DNA of 64,000 nt from an uncultured Aliarcobacter sp. (GTDB lineage Bacteria > Campylobacterota > Campylobacteria > Campylobacterales > Arcobacteraceae): NCBI GenBank assembly GCA_963664305.2, contig CAXXLV010000002.1:672001-736000 (forward strand), written 5' to 3'. Below the pieces are notes generated by a model. The model was not told the origin of the DNA, ran no database searches, and was given only the letters and a program-made list of their open reading frames with translations. Position 1 is the stretch's first letter. Each line of letters starts with the position of its first letter. The position numbers and the translations under genes were made by a program. Positions 51,468 to 61,940 of this stretch are shown one piece after another.

Positions 51468-52748
51468 ATGTCATTAAAAGAATTAAAAGGACAAGGACAC
51501 TGGCCAACAGTTTTAGCAGCCTTTCTTTACTTTGATTTTAGTTTTATGGTTTGGACAATGTTAGGCCCATTAGCTACAGAAATTAGCGAATCATTAAAAA
51601 TTACTCAAAACTTTGTAATGAATGCTGACCAAAAAGCTACACTTTTAGCAATTCCTGTATTAGGTGGAGCAATTTTAAGAGTACTTCTAGGATTTTTAGT
51701 TGATAAAATCGGTGCTAAAAAAACAGCTTTAATGTCACAATTTGTTGTTGTTTGTGGTCTTTTCTATGCTTATTATAGAGGTGAACATATAACTTATGAT
51801 GAATTATTAATAGTTGCATTTGTTTTAGGTTTTGCAGGTGGTTCTTTTGCTGTGGCGCTTCCACAAGCTGGACAATGGTATCCTCCAAAACTTCAAGGTG
51901 TTGTTCTTGGACTTGCAGGTGCTGGAAACATTGGTGTTGTTATTGACTTTATTTTTGCTCCTAAAATCGCAGAAATTTGGGGTTGGCAATCAGTATTTTT
52001 AGTAGGTGCTGTATTATCAACATTTATCTTCTTTGTTTATTTATTTATGGCAAAAGATGCACCTGAAACTGTTTATAAAGCTAATCCTAAAAAATTAAAA
52101 GATTATGGAAAACTATTAAAAGATAAAGATACTTGGTGGTTTTGTCTATTTTATGCGGTAAGTTTTGGTGGTTTCGTTGGTTTTGCAAACTATATGAAAG
52201 TATATTTATTAAATACATATAAACCTGAAATGACTCAATTTGGTTTAGGTTTCTTAAGTGAAGCAAATGTATTAGTTGTTGCTGGTTATTTTGGTGCATT
52301 ATGTATTTTTGCAGGTGCAGTTTTAAGACCAGTTGGTGGAGCAATTGCTGATAAATTAGGTGGAGTAAAATCTTTATACTTCTTCTATGGAATAGTTTCT
52401 TTACTTGCAATTATTAATGCAACATTTAATTTACCTTTTGGTTTAGCTATATTAGTATTATTCTTAATCATGGCTAATCTTGGTATGGCAAATGGTGCAG
52501 TATTCCAATTAGTACCTCAAAGATTTGGTAAAGATATTGGTATTATGACTGGAATTGTTGGATGTGCTGGTGGTCTTGGAGGAACGGCTTTAATTAAAAC
52601 TTTAGGATGGTCTCAAAGTACATTTGAAGGTTATACAGCTGGATTCTTTATCTTTGCGACTGTAGTTTTAGTTGCTATTTCTGGAATTTCTTTAGTAAAA
52701 ACAAGATGGAGAACAACTTGGGGAGCAAGTTCTGGAGGAAGAATATAA
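51468..52748 (+). CDS. narK: NarK/NasA-type nitrate/nitrite MFS transporter
   Basis: GFAGGSFAVALP..GQWYPP..QG.VLGLAGAGN and GMANGAVFQLVPQRF nitrate signatures. Confidence 0.9.
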   Translation: MSLKELKGQGHWPTVLAAFLYFDFSFMVWTMLGPLATEISESLKITQNFVMNADQKATLLAIPVLGGAILRVLLGFLVDKIGAKKTALMSQFVVVCGLFYAYYRGEHITYDELLIVAFVLGFAGGSFAVALPQAGQWYPPKLQGVVLGLAGAGNIGVVIDFIFAPKIAEIWGWQSVFLVGAVLSTFIFFVYLFMAKDAPETVYKANPKKLKDYGKLLKDKDTWWFCLFYAVSFGGFVGFANYMKVYLLNTYKPEMTQFGLGFLSEANVLVVAGYFGALCIFAGAVLRPVGGAIADKLGGVKSLYFFYGIVSLLAIINATFNLPFGLAILVLFLIMANLGMANGAVFQLVPQRFGKDIGIMTGIVGCAGGLGGTALIKTLGWSQSTFEGYTAGFFIFATVVLVAISGISLVKTRWRTTWGASSGGRI

Positions 52749-52768
52749 AAAGAGGAAATCCTCTTTTT
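52747..52768 (+). terminator. Intrinsic terminator after narK
   Basis: aaaaagagga-aa-tcctcttttt. Confidence 0.6.
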
Positions 52769-52825
52769 ATATTTAATTTAGGATTTTGATAAAATTTTAA
52801 ATTAAATATATCAAAGGTAATTTTA

Positions 52826-54457
52826 ATGAGTAAAGAAAACATCAAATCTTCAGGTTTTTCACTTGCTAAAGGTAAAGAGTTAACTGGTGATGACTTTTAT
52901 GAGATTAAACAATTTGAAGATTTTACTATTGCTGTACTTTGTGATGGAGTTGGAAGTGCAGTTGAAGGTGCAAATGCAGCTAAAAAAGTTACTCATCATA
53001 TTATCAATAATTTTAAAAACCTACCAAGTGTTTGGAGTTTTGAAAAAGCTATAAAAGAATTTTTAACTTCGATTAACTCTATTCTTTACGCAAAATCTAT
53101 TCAAGAATATGAAAGACCTGAATATCTAACAACGGTAACTGTTGTTGTAATCAAAGGAAATAGACTTTATGGTGCAAATGTTGGAGATAGTAGAATTTAT
53201 CTTTTAAGAGATAATAAACTATCTCAACTATCAATTGACCATAACGAAGAGGGAATGGATAATGTTTTATCAAATGCAATTGGTATTGATAAAAATGTAG
53301 ATATTTACTATTTTGAAAATAACATCCAAAAAGATGACAAAATTTTAATGTGTAGTGATGGTTTATATACTTTAATGAGTAGTGATACTCTTAGTAAACA
53401 TCTAGTAAATGGAGCTTATCATATCGTTAAAAAGGCTAGTTCTTTAGTTGAAGATAATCTTCCTGATGATACAACTGCTATTGTCTTAGAAATTTTAGAT
53501 GATGATTATAGAGAAATATTAAAAAACTTAGATTTAAAAATTCCAGAAAAATTAAATAAAGGTGATATTATCGATGGTTATGAATTAGTTCAATCATTGA
53601 TTAGAAATGATAGAACTTGGATTTGTAAAAAGAATGAGCAAGAATATGTAATCAAATTTGCTCCACTTGAAGCAATAGATAATGAAACAATTTTAGATTT
53701 ATATGTAAAAGAGGCTTGGAATGCAAAGAGATTAAAAGCTGGTTTTTTTCCAAAATCATTTATTCCAAAATATAGAACAGCTAGATATTATCTTATGACT
53801 AAACTTGATGGAGTAAATCTAAAACAATATCTAAAAAAAAGACAACTTACTATTGATGATGCAATAAATCTTACAAAAACACTGATAACTATGGAAGAGT
53901 ATTTATTAAAATACAATTTAGTTCATGGAGATGTAAAACCTGAAAATATTATTGTAATTCAAAGGGATAATAAAAGAATATTTAAAATCATAGATTTTGG
54001 CTCAATTACTGAAATTTTTTCTATTACAAGTAAAGCTGGAACGCCTTCATATCTTGCTCCTGAAAGATTTAAGGAAAGTACGATAAATGAAAAAACAGAA
54101 ATTTTTTCTATAGGAGTTACAATTTATCAAGCCTTAACAGGTAGTTATCCTTATGGAGAAATTGAACCTTTTCAAAATCCATCATTTTCAAAGCCAAAAA
54201 ATCCAAAATCTTTAAACTCAAAAATTCCAGATTGGCTAAATAGTATAATATTAAGAGCGATTAGTGTTGATGAAAATAGAAGATATGAGAACTATTCATA
54301 TGTGAAATATGAACTTGAAAATCCAACAAAAGTAAAACCTTTTTTTGATAAAAAGGCTCCTTTTCTTGAAAAATCACCTGAAAAGTTCTATAAAATTGGA
54401 TTTTATTTACTTTTGATTTTAAATTTCATTTTATTTTTACAAATATCTTCAAATTAA
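52826..54457 (+). CDS. Bifunctional PP2C phosphatase / Ser-Thr kinase
   Basis: LCDGVG, NVGDSR and CSDGL, then HGDVKPEN, DFG and GTPSYLAPE; C-terminal TM. Confidence 0.9.
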   Translation: MSKENIKSSGFSLAKGKELTGDDFYEIKQFEDFTIAVLCDGVGSAVEGANAAKKVTHHIINNFKNLPSVWSFEKAIKEFLTSINSILYAKSIQEYERPEYLTTVTVVVIKGNRLYGANVGDSRIYLLRDNKLSQLSIDHNEEGMDNVLSNAIGIDKNVDIYYFENNIQKDDKILMCSDGLYTLMSSDTLSKHLVNGAYHIVKKASSLVEDNLPDDTTAIVLEILDDDYREILKNLDLKIPEKLNKGDIIDGYELVQSLIRNDRTWICKKNEQEYVIKFAPLEAIDNETILDLYVKEAWNAKRLKAGFFPKSFIPKYRTARYYLMTKLDGVNLKQYLKKRQLTIDDAINLTKTLITMEEYLLKYNLVHGDVKPENIIVIQRDNKRIFKIIDFGSITEIFSITSKAGTPSYLAPERFKESTINEKTEIFSIGVTIYQALTGSYPYGEIEPFQNPSFSKPKNPKSLNSKIPDWLNSIILRAISVDENRRYENYSYVKYELENPTKVKPFFDKKAPFLEKSPEKFYKIGFYLLLILNFILFLQISSN

Positions 54458-56424
54458 AAATTCATATTCTCAGGTTTTCCAAAATAGTAACCTTGAGAAT
54501 AATCAACACCTAATTCATCTAGAATATTAAAAATCTCTTCATTTTCTACAAATTCAGCAATAGTGATAATATTTTGTTTTTTTGTAAATGTAACTATTGT
54601 TTCAACTATATTTCGACTGTAATTATCATTTGCTATATTTTTTATCAACTTCCCATCTATTTTTAAAATATCAGGATTAAACTCTAATAATCTTTCAAAA
54701 TTTGAATATCCTGCTCCAAAATCATCGATTGCAATTTTTACACCCATATTTTTAACTTTTTTGATAAAAGCTTTGATAACTTTAAAATCTTTAACATTTT
54801 CATCTTCAAGTAGTTCAAAAATAACTCTATGTCTATCACTTTCATACTCTTCAAGTAATTCAAAAAGTTTATTTCTTGTCTCTTCTTTTTCTATATCTAA
54901 AGAAGAAAGATTTATAGAGATTTTTGTTGTAACTTGTTTTAAAATTTTAAATGAATTTTCTAAAACTCTGTGGGTAATTTTATTGTAATAATTCCCTTTT
55001 TTTGAAATATCTAAAAAGGCATGAGGAGATAAAATATTTCCTTCTTCATCAACTATTCTAACTAAAGACTCATACTTTTCTATCTTTTTAGTTTTATTAT
55101 TTATAATTGGTTGGAAATAAGAAATTACATTGTAATTTTCAAGGGCAATTTTTACCATCTTGATTACTTCCATATTTCTTTTTGCTTCAATTTGTTCTTT
55201 TATTGAAGAATCATTTGAATATTTTACAATTTCACTTTTTTTAATTGCTTCATCTAAACCACATTTTGAATCTTCATATAAATGCTCTCTTCCAAAAGAA
55301 TAACTAACAATTACATTCAAATCATATTCAATTTCATCAACTATTAAACGAGACTCTTTTACATTTTTTACGAAACTATTTAAATAATCGTTTATATTTG
55401 TATGAGTTGATAAGAAATCGAAAAAATCTGTCAATAATGCAAATTGACCATTTCCTAAATAATAAATCGTATCAAAAATATAAGAATTTGGTAAATATGT
55501 TAATAAATTAAAACCAAATATTTTTTCGATTTTATCAACAATCAACATATTATAAAACTTATCAAGGATATCAAAATCCTCTATTTGTATAAGAATTAAA
55601 AGGTGTAAACCTTTTTCATTTATTTTTTCAATTAACTGTTTTTTATCACTCATTACAGTATTTACATTACTTCTTATACTTACATATTCAACTATTTCAC
55701 CATTTAAATCAAATACAGGTTTTATTGTTGTTTTTATGAAGTAAGGTTTCCCACTTTTAGAAAGATTTTTTAGAACTCCAGTCCATGGTTCTTTTTTAAA
55801 TTTAATCGTATTCCATAAATCTTTGAATAACTCTTTTGGATTTTCAGGATGTCGTACAATGTTGTGGCTTTTTCCTATTAATTCAGCACTTGTATATTCT
55901 GATGATTTACAAAAATTTTCATTTGCATAGGTAATAACCCCATGTTTATCTGTTTTAGAAACAATTGTATTTTCGTCAACAATTGCATCATATTGTTTTT
56001 TTAAAAAGAATTTATCTACTTTAATTTGCTCAGTTTCTATAAACTTACTTAAAATAGCTAAAAATTGATTTTCATCTAATGGTTTTGAAAGATATCCATT
56101 TATTCCTGCAGAGATAGCTTTTAAAAAGATTGTTTTATCATCATTATATGAGTAAATTATGGTGATGATTTTGGGATTAATCTTTTTTATCTTAGTAATT
56201 AATGAAAATATATCAAGATCTGGGATTTCAGTGTCAGTGATTAATACAGATATTTCATATTCATTAAATTTTTTAAATATATCAATTTCATTGTTTGAAT
56301 AAATTATTTTCTTAAACATACTTTTAAAATAATTTATTGCATTATCATTTTTATCTGTAGCTAAATATAATAAAGTCAAATCTTTAGTAAACCTAAATAT
56401 TCTATCTCTGTCGTGAATATCCAT
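54454..56424 (-). CDS. REC-like/PAS/degenerate GGDEF/EAL phosphodiesterase
   Basis: PAS (GKSHNIVRHP), ESLVR, IDDFGAGYSN, KIDG, AEFVE and QGY motifs; ATG at 56424 after AAGGA preferred over 56547. Confidence 0.88.
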   Translation of the reverse strand: MDIHDRDRIFRFTKDLTLLYLATDKNDNAINYFKSMFKKIIYSNNEIDIFKKFNEYEISVLITDTEIPDLDIFSLITKIKKINPKIITIIYSYNDDKTIFLKAISAGINGYLSKPLDENQFLAILSKFIETEQIKVDKFFLKKQYDAIVDENTIVSKTDKHGVITYANENFCKSSEYTSAELIGKSHNIVRHPENPKELFKDLWNTIKFKKEPWTGVLKNLSKSGKPYFIKTTIKPVFDLNGEIVEYVSIRSNVNTVMSDKKQLIEKINEKGLHLLILIQIEDFDILDKFYNMLIVDKIEKIFGFNLLTYLPNSYIFDTIYYLGNGQFALLTDFFDFLSTHTNINDYLNSFVKNVKESRLIVDEIEYDLNVIVSYSFGREHLYEDSKCGLDEAIKKSEIVKYSNDSSIKEQIEAKRNMEVIKMVKIALENYNVISYFQPIINNKTKKIEKYESLVRIVDEEGNILSPHAFLDISKKGNYYNKITHRVLENSFKILKQVTTKISINLSSLDIEKEETRNKLFELLEEYESDRHRVIFELLEDENVKDFKVIKAFIKKVKNMGVKIAIDDFGAGYSNFERLLEFNPDILKIDGKLIKNIANDNYSRNIVETIVTFTKKQNIITIAEFVENEEIFNILDELGVDYSQGYYFGKPENMNF

Positions 56425-56529
56425 AAATTTCCTTAAATAAAAAAACGTAAATTTATAACACAAAAAAATAAAAACCAAACTTATATTATAAAGAAAATAA
56501 TTTTTGACATTTAATTTTCTTACTAATTT

Positions 56530-56546
56530 TGTATATTTTTTAAACA
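56530..56546 (+). promoter_or_regulatory. 17-bp dyad upstream of the nitrate reductase
   Basis: TGTATA-TTTTT-TAAACA; TATAAT at 56577. Confidence 0.65.
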
Positions 56547-56628
56547 TAATTTTCTTAAATTTACATTAATATTATGTATAATATTAACTATTAAAATGTA
56601 TAAATTGATAAAATAAGGATTATTTACA

Positions 56629-58617
56629 ATGATAAAGTCAGTTTGTGGATATTGTGGTGTTGGATGTGGATTAGAATTTGAAGAGAATAAATTAGTTGGT
56701 GATGTAGTTTATCCAACAAATGAAGGTAAGCTTTGTTCAAAAGGTGTTTCTGAACTTATTAGTATTCAAACTCCAACAAGACTTTTAAGACCAATTTCTA
56801 GAGAAAATTTAGATGAAGATTTTAAAACTATTTCTTGGGAAAGTGCTATAAATCAAGTTGCCACAAGAATTGCTATTTCAAACAAAGACAAAGTTGGATT
56901 TTATCTTTCAGGTCAACTTTTAACAGAAGATTATTACATTGCAAATAAACTTATGAAAGGTTTTATTGGTTCTAATAATGTTGATACAAATAGTAGAACT
57001 TGTATGTCAAGTGCAGTTGTTGCATATAAAAAAGCTTTAGGAATTGATTATGTTCCAGTAAGAATGAATGACGTTCATGATGCAAACTTACTTATTTTAG
57101 TTGGTGCCAATACAGCAGAAGCTCATGTTGTATTTCATAATAGAATAAAAAGTGCAAAAAAAGATGGCTTAAAAATCATTGTAATTGACCCACGATTTAC
57201 TGATACTGCAAAATATGCTGATTTATATTTACCAATTAAACCAGGAAGTGATATTGACTTTTTCAATCTTGTATCAAAAAGAATTATTGATGAAGATTTA
57301 ATAGACAAAGAGTTTGTTGAAAATCATATAAATAACTTCACCCTACTTCAAAATAAGTTCAAAAGATTACCATCAACAAAACTTTTAAAAAGAACAGGTC
57401 TTACAAAAGAACAATTTGAAGATTTTTGGCAAATGTATAAATCAAATGAAAATATCATAACAGCATGGACGATGGGAATAAATCAATCAGTTCAAGGTGT
57501 AGATAAAAATTTAGCAATAATAAATACACATTTACTAACTGGGAAAATCTTCAAAAAAGGAAATGGTCCATTTTCACTAACTGGACAACCAAATGCAATG
57601 GGAGGAAGAGAAGTTGGAGGACTTTCAACTATGCTTGCAGTTCATTTAGGATTTGATAGTGAATCAATCAAAAAAGTAAACCAATTTTGGGGAACAAAAA
57701 AAGTTTCAAATAAACCAGGACTTACAGCAACTCAAATGCTTGAAGCAAATCTTGATGTGTTAGTTATTTGTCATACTGACCCAATTTATCATCTTCCAAA
57801 TAGAAATAAAATGGAAGAGTTAATCAAAAAAATTCCACTTGTAGTTGAAATAAATGCCTATGAAAACTCTGAAACTGCAAAATTTGCACATATTAGATTA
57901 CCTGCTGCTCCTTGGGGAGAAAAAGAAGGAACTCAAACAAATCTTGATAGAACAATTACGAAACAAGAAAAACTAACTCGTGTTTCAATTGATTGTAAAC
58001 CTGATTGGGAAATTTTCCAATTAATTGCTCAAAAACTTGGATACTTAAAAGAGTTTTGTTTTACATCTTCACAAGAGATATTTGAAGAGTATCAAGAGAT
58101 GACAAAATTAAATCCCCACTTAAATATTTATGAAACGTCTTATGAAGAATTAAAAAATAAACCTTTTGTTTGGGGAGAAAAGATTAGAGAAGATAGAGAA
58201 TTTTTTACACCTGATAAAAAAGGAAATCTATTTTTTGTAGAAAACAAAGTTTTAAGTGAAAAAACTTCTTTGGAGTATCCATTTACTTTATTAACTGGAC
58301 GAACACGTGACCAATGGCATAGTGGCACAAAAACAAATCTTCCTAGAACTCTTTTAAAACACAAACCTTTAAACTTTTGTGAAATCAACACTAAAAATGC
58401 AAAAGATTTAGGAATAAAAGATGGAGATAATATAAGAATTATTTCAAAACGTGGACAAATTGAATCAGTGGCACATGTTACTGATGATATAAAACTTGAT
58501 ACTATTTTTGTTCCTGTTAGTAATAGAAAAATAAACTACTTAACTAACGATTTATATGATAAAGAATCTTTACAACCTGACTATAATCAAAGTGCAGTTA
58601 AAATAATCAAACTTTAA
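56629..58617 (+). CDS. nasA: Assimilatory nitrate reductase catalytic subunit (Mo-bisPGD, 4Fe-4S)
   Basis: CGYCGVGC...C, DTNSRTCMSSA, LTGQPNAMGGRE and TGRTRDQWH motifs; no Tat signal. Confidence 0.85.
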   Translation: MIKSVCGYCGVGCGLEFEENKLVGDVVYPTNEGKLCSKGVSELISIQTPTRLLRPISRENLDEDFKTISWESAINQVATRIAISNKDKVGFYLSGQLLTEDYYIANKLMKGFIGSNNVDTNSRTCMSSAVVAYKKALGIDYVPVRMNDVHDANLLILVGANTAEAHVVFHNRIKSAKKDGLKIIVIDPRFTDTAKYADLYLPIKPGSDIDFFNLVSKRIIDEDLIDKEFVENHINNFTLLQNKFKRLPSTKLLKRTGLTKEQFEDFWQMYKSNENIITAWTMGINQSVQGVDKNLAIINTHLLTGKIFKKGNGPFSLTGQPNAMGGREVGGLSTMLAVHLGFDSESIKKVNQFWGTKKVSNKPGLTATQMLEANLDVLVICHTDPIYHLPNRNKMEELIKKIPLVVEINAYENSETAKFAHIRLPAAPWGEKEGTQTNLDRTITKQEKLTRVSIDCKPDWEIFQLIAQKLGYLKEFCFTSSQEIFEEYQEMTKLNPHLNIYETSYEELKNKPFVWGEKIREDREFFTPDKKGNLFFVENKVLSEKTSLEYPFTLLTGRTRDQWHSGTKTNLPRTLLKHKPLNFCEINTKNAKDLGIKDGDNIRIISKRGQIESVAHVTDDIKLDTIFVPVSNRKINYLTNDLYDKESLQPDYNQSAVKIIKL

Positions 58618-58630
58618 AACTTAATTTTAC

Positions 58631-58669
58631 ATTAATTATTTATATCTTATCTAGATATAAATAATTAAT
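58631..58669. terminator. 17-bp-arm hairpin after the nitrate reductase
   Basis: attaattatttatatct-tatct-agatataaataattaat. Confidence 0.55.
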
Positions 58670-58686
58670 TGTCTATTTTATATGCA
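58670..58686 (+). promoter_or_regulatory. 17-bp dyad upstream of nirA
   Basis: TGTCTA-TTTTA-TATGCA; TATAAT at 58718. Confidence 0.6.
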
Positions 58687-58752
58687 TTTTATTTTAATTT
58701 TACATTAAATTTAAAGTTATAATTCATTATATGTTTAAATATGGAGTGTAAA

Positions 58753-60345
58753 ATGAGTGCTTTACAAGATGCCTATGAAAAAAGAAACAAAAAATCAAAT
58801 AAAATTGAAGATTTAAAAAAAGAACAAAGTGCTATTGAGTTTATCAATAATTTTGAAAATATCACAAAAAATGGATATGAAAATCTAACTGAAGCTCAAT
58901 CAAAACATCTTTTAAAATGTTATGGTATTTATGACAAAGGGAATAAAGATGAATTTGTTATCAGAATTAGAATTCCTTTAGGTCAATTAACACTAACTCA
59001 GGCAAAAATGTTTGCAAAAACTGCAAGTGATTTTGGAAGAAGTAGAATTGATTTAACAACAAGAAGCCAAGTAGAGTTTAGACATCTAAAATTTGAAGAA
59101 TTACCAACTGTTTTAGCAAACTTACAAAGTGTTGGAATTACTACTTATCAAACAGCAGGTGATAATTTAAGAGGGATTATTACTTCTCCATTTGATGGTT
59201 ATTCAAAAACTTCATTAATTAATTGTAAAGATTTAGTTGAAGATTTACATGATGTATTTTTGAAAAATCCTGATTTTATAGGAACACTGCCAAGAAAATT
59301 TAACACTGGAATTTTAGGTGATATCACAAATGATTGTAATATTTATGGTCACGATTGTGCTTTTGTTCTTGCTAAAAAAAATAATGAGATTGGATTTAAT
59401 CTATATCTTGGGGGAAAAGTTGGAGTTCAAGCAAGACCAATAAATATTTTTGTAAAACAAAATCAAGTTAAAGAGGTTTTTAAAACAATACTTGACATAT
59501 TTAAAGAGTTCGGATTTAGAGATAATAGAAATAAAAATAGATTAACTTACTTTTTGGATGAAGTTACTATTGAAGAGTTTACAAAAGCACTTATTGAATC
59601 TTCAAAATTAGAACTTCAAAGCTCTGGTGAAACTCTTGTAAAAGAAGAGTATAAAATAGATGAAAATTCAACTATAAAACTAAAAGATGCAAAAACAGCA
59701 ATCTATTTCCCAATTCCTGCAGGTCTTTTTAATAGTAAAGATTTAGAAGAAGTTTCTACTTTGATGGAAGAAACAGATTCAATTTTAAGATTTACTCATG
59801 AACAAAGTTTCTTTTTAATAAGTGATGAAAAAAATCTTGAAACTATTAAGAACTCTGAAATATTCAAAAAATATGACGCTTATAATACTCTATTTTTTAG
59901 AAATCAAATCGCATGTGCTGGGACAAATGATTGCTCTTTTGGAGTAATTCCAAATAAAGCTGATGCAATTGAGATGGCAAACTATTTAAACAAAGAAATT
60001 CCTATGAAAAAAGGAAAAGTAAGAATGTATTGGTCAGCTTGTCCAAAAGGTTGTGGAGTTCATGGAGTTGCTGATATTGGATTTGAAGGAGCAAAAGCTA
60101 AAGATGAAGAAGGAAATTTTTGTGATGGAGTAAAAATCTTTATTGGTGGAAAAGCAACTAAACAAATAGAAGAAGCTAGACAATTAAGCAAAGCAATTCC
60201 TATAAAAAAAGCTCAAGAAGTTGTAAAAGAGTTATTAACAATCTATAAAAATGAGATGATAGATGATGAATCTTTTGAAAGTTTTGATTCAAGAGTTTTA
60301 TCAAAATTAGCTATTGAAGAAATTCAAGCAAAAGTTGGATTATAA
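58753..60345 (+). CDS. nirA: Ferredoxin-type sirohaem nitrite reductase
   Basis: DLTTRSQ, LPRKFN, ACAGTNDC and SACPKGCG motifs; ATG at 58753 after GGAG. Confidence 0.88.
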   Translation: MSALQDAYEKRNKKSNKIEDLKKEQSAIEFINNFENITKNGYENLTEAQSKHLLKCYGIYDKGNKDEFVIRIRIPLGQLTLTQAKMFAKTASDFGRSRIDLTTRSQVEFRHLKFEELPTVLANLQSVGITTYQTAGDNLRGIITSPFDGYSKTSLINCKDLVEDLHDVFLKNPDFIGTLPRKFNTGILGDITNDCNIYGHDCAFVLAKKNNEIGFNLYLGGKVGVQARPINIFVKQNQVKEVFKTILDIFKEFGFRDNRNKNRLTYFLDEVTIEEFTKALIESSKLELQSSGETLVKEEYKIDENSTIKLKDAKTAIYFPIPAGLFNSKDLEEVSTLMEETDSILRFTHEQSFFLISDEKNLETIKNSEIFKKYDAYNTLFFRNQIACAGTNDCSFGVIPNKADAIEMANYLNKEIPMKKGKVRMYWSACPKGCGVHGVADIGFEGAKAKDEEGNFCDGVKIFIGGKATKQIEEARQLSKAIPIKKAQEVVKELLTIYKNEMIDDESFESFDSRVLSKLAIEEIQAKVGL

Positions 60346-60346
60346 G

Positions 60347-61936
60347 ATGAGTTCAAACGAAAAAACTCCATTGGAAAGCTTTATAGCTCATAAGACTGAT
60401 ACAAATATGCAATGTGGAAACTACTCTATTGATATTGCAAAACCAAAAGCTGGAGAGCAATATAGATTTCACTTTGATGCAACAGCTTGTATTGGATGTC
60501 ACTGTTGTGAAGTTGCTTGTAATGAGCAAAATAACAATAGTGCAGATGTAAAATGGAGAAGAGTTGGAGAAACTCAAAGTGGAATTTTCCCAAATGTAAA
60601 AAATCACTTTAATTCAATGTCATGTAATCATTGTATTGACCCAGAGTGTCTAAAAGGTTGCCCCACAAATTCATATATAAAATTCGATAATGGAATAGTT
60701 TTTCATGATGATGATACTTGTATTGGTTGTCAATACTGTACTTGGAATTGTCCTTATGAAGTTCCAGTTTTTAATAAAGATAGAGGAATAGTAACAAAAT
60801 GTCATATGTGTCATGAAAAGCTAGAAGTTGGACAAACTCCAGCTTGTGTTCAAGCTTGTCCATCAGGTGCAATTGCAATAGAAATTGTAAATGTAAAAGA
60901 GTGGCTTGATAAAGATATGAAAGAACAAGGAGTTGCTCCAAATCTTCCTGATATAAATATCACAAAACCAACAACAAGATATACTATTGATGACATAGCA
61001 GATATGACACCAGCTGATGCTCATATAATTAAACCAAATCATAGTGAATGGCCATTAGTTTTTATGACTGTTTTAACACAAATCTCTTATGGAGGTTTTA
61101 TTGCTTTAGTTTTAGGTGAAATGACAAATCTTTTTGGATTTAATCTTCCAACACCAAATCTTTGGATGATGATTGCTATATTTTTACCTGCAGCTATTGG
61201 ACTTCCACTTTCTGCTCTTCATCTTGGACGTCCAGGACTTGCCATGACTGCTATGAAAAATATAAAAACATCTTGGCTTTCACGTGAAGCTTTAGGTTTG
61301 GCTTTATATACAGCAGGTTTGGTTTTAGTTATAGCATTATTCTTTTTTGAATCAAATCAAAAATTTAGATTCATTATTGAACTATTGGTTTTAGGAATTG
61401 GAACTTATGGAATATACGCACAATCTATGATTTATAGGATAAAAGCACGTCCATCTTGGAATAAAAAAGAGACAACAAATATATTTTTTAATGTTGGATA
61501 TATCGGTTTTTTCATTATTACATTTATATTGATGTTAAATGAAAGCTATTCATCTGCATCTGTTTTATTACCTTTTGGTATTTTTGTAGGATTCTTACAA
61601 TATAAAGAATTCTCAAAAGAAGTAGATTTTTACAAATTTTTAACTAGTGAACAAACTAATTACTATCAACTAAATAAAACAAAAATTTTATATGAAACAA
61701 ATTTCATAAAATTAAGAGATTTTAGAAGAAATTCTATCTTCATTGGTACATTTATTTTACCAATACTTTGTATGTTATTTATAGCTAGTCAAAACTATAC
61801 ATCTGCAATACTATTTTTAGTTTTATCAATAGTTATATCTTTTTCAAGTGAGATAGTTTCAAGATTACTATTTTATAAAACAGCTGTTGCCCAAGGCTTA
61901 GCTGGAAATTTCTTTATGGGAAATCAAAGAGGATAA
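60347..61936 (+). CDS. DmsB-like 4x[4Fe-4S] ferredoxin fused to a DmsC/NrfD-type membrane anchor
   Basis: CIGCHCCEVAC, CNHCIDPECLKGCP, CIGCQYCTWNCPY and CHMC..PACVQACP; then EWPLVFMT, HLGRP and SWLSRE. Confidence 0.88.
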   Translation: MSSNEKTPLESFIAHKTDTNMQCGNYSIDIAKPKAGEQYRFHFDATACIGCHCCEVACNEQNNNSADVKWRRVGETQSGIFPNVKNHFNSMSCNHCIDPECLKGCPTNSYIKFDNGIVFHDDDTCIGCQYCTWNCPYEVPVFNKDRGIVTKCHMCHEKLEVGQTPACVQACPSGAIAIEIVNVKEWLDKDMKEQGVAPNLPDINITKPTTRYTIDDIADMTPADAHIIKPNHSEWPLVFMTVLTQISYGGFIALVLGEMTNLFGFNLPTPNLWMMIAIFLPAAIGLPLSALHLGRPGLAMTAMKNIKTSWLSREALGLALYTAGLVLVIALFFFESNQKFRFIIELLVLGIGTYGIYAQSMIYRIKARPSWNKKETTNIFFNVGYIGFFIITFILMLNESYSSASVLLPFGIFVGFLQYKEFSKEVDFYKFLTSEQTNYYQLNKTKILYETNFIKLRDFRRNSIFIGTFILPILCMLFIASQNYTSAILFLVLSIVISFSSEIVSRLLFYKTAVAQGLAGNFFMGNQRG

Positions 61937-61940
61937 TAAG

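Noticed and set aside
19651..60346. Longest-ORF starts in the track (19651, 21400, 23579, 31599, 47843, 56547, 58741, 60314)
   Set aside because: Downstream ATGs have a better RBS or avoid overlap with neighbouring genes and promoters, so starts were adjusted
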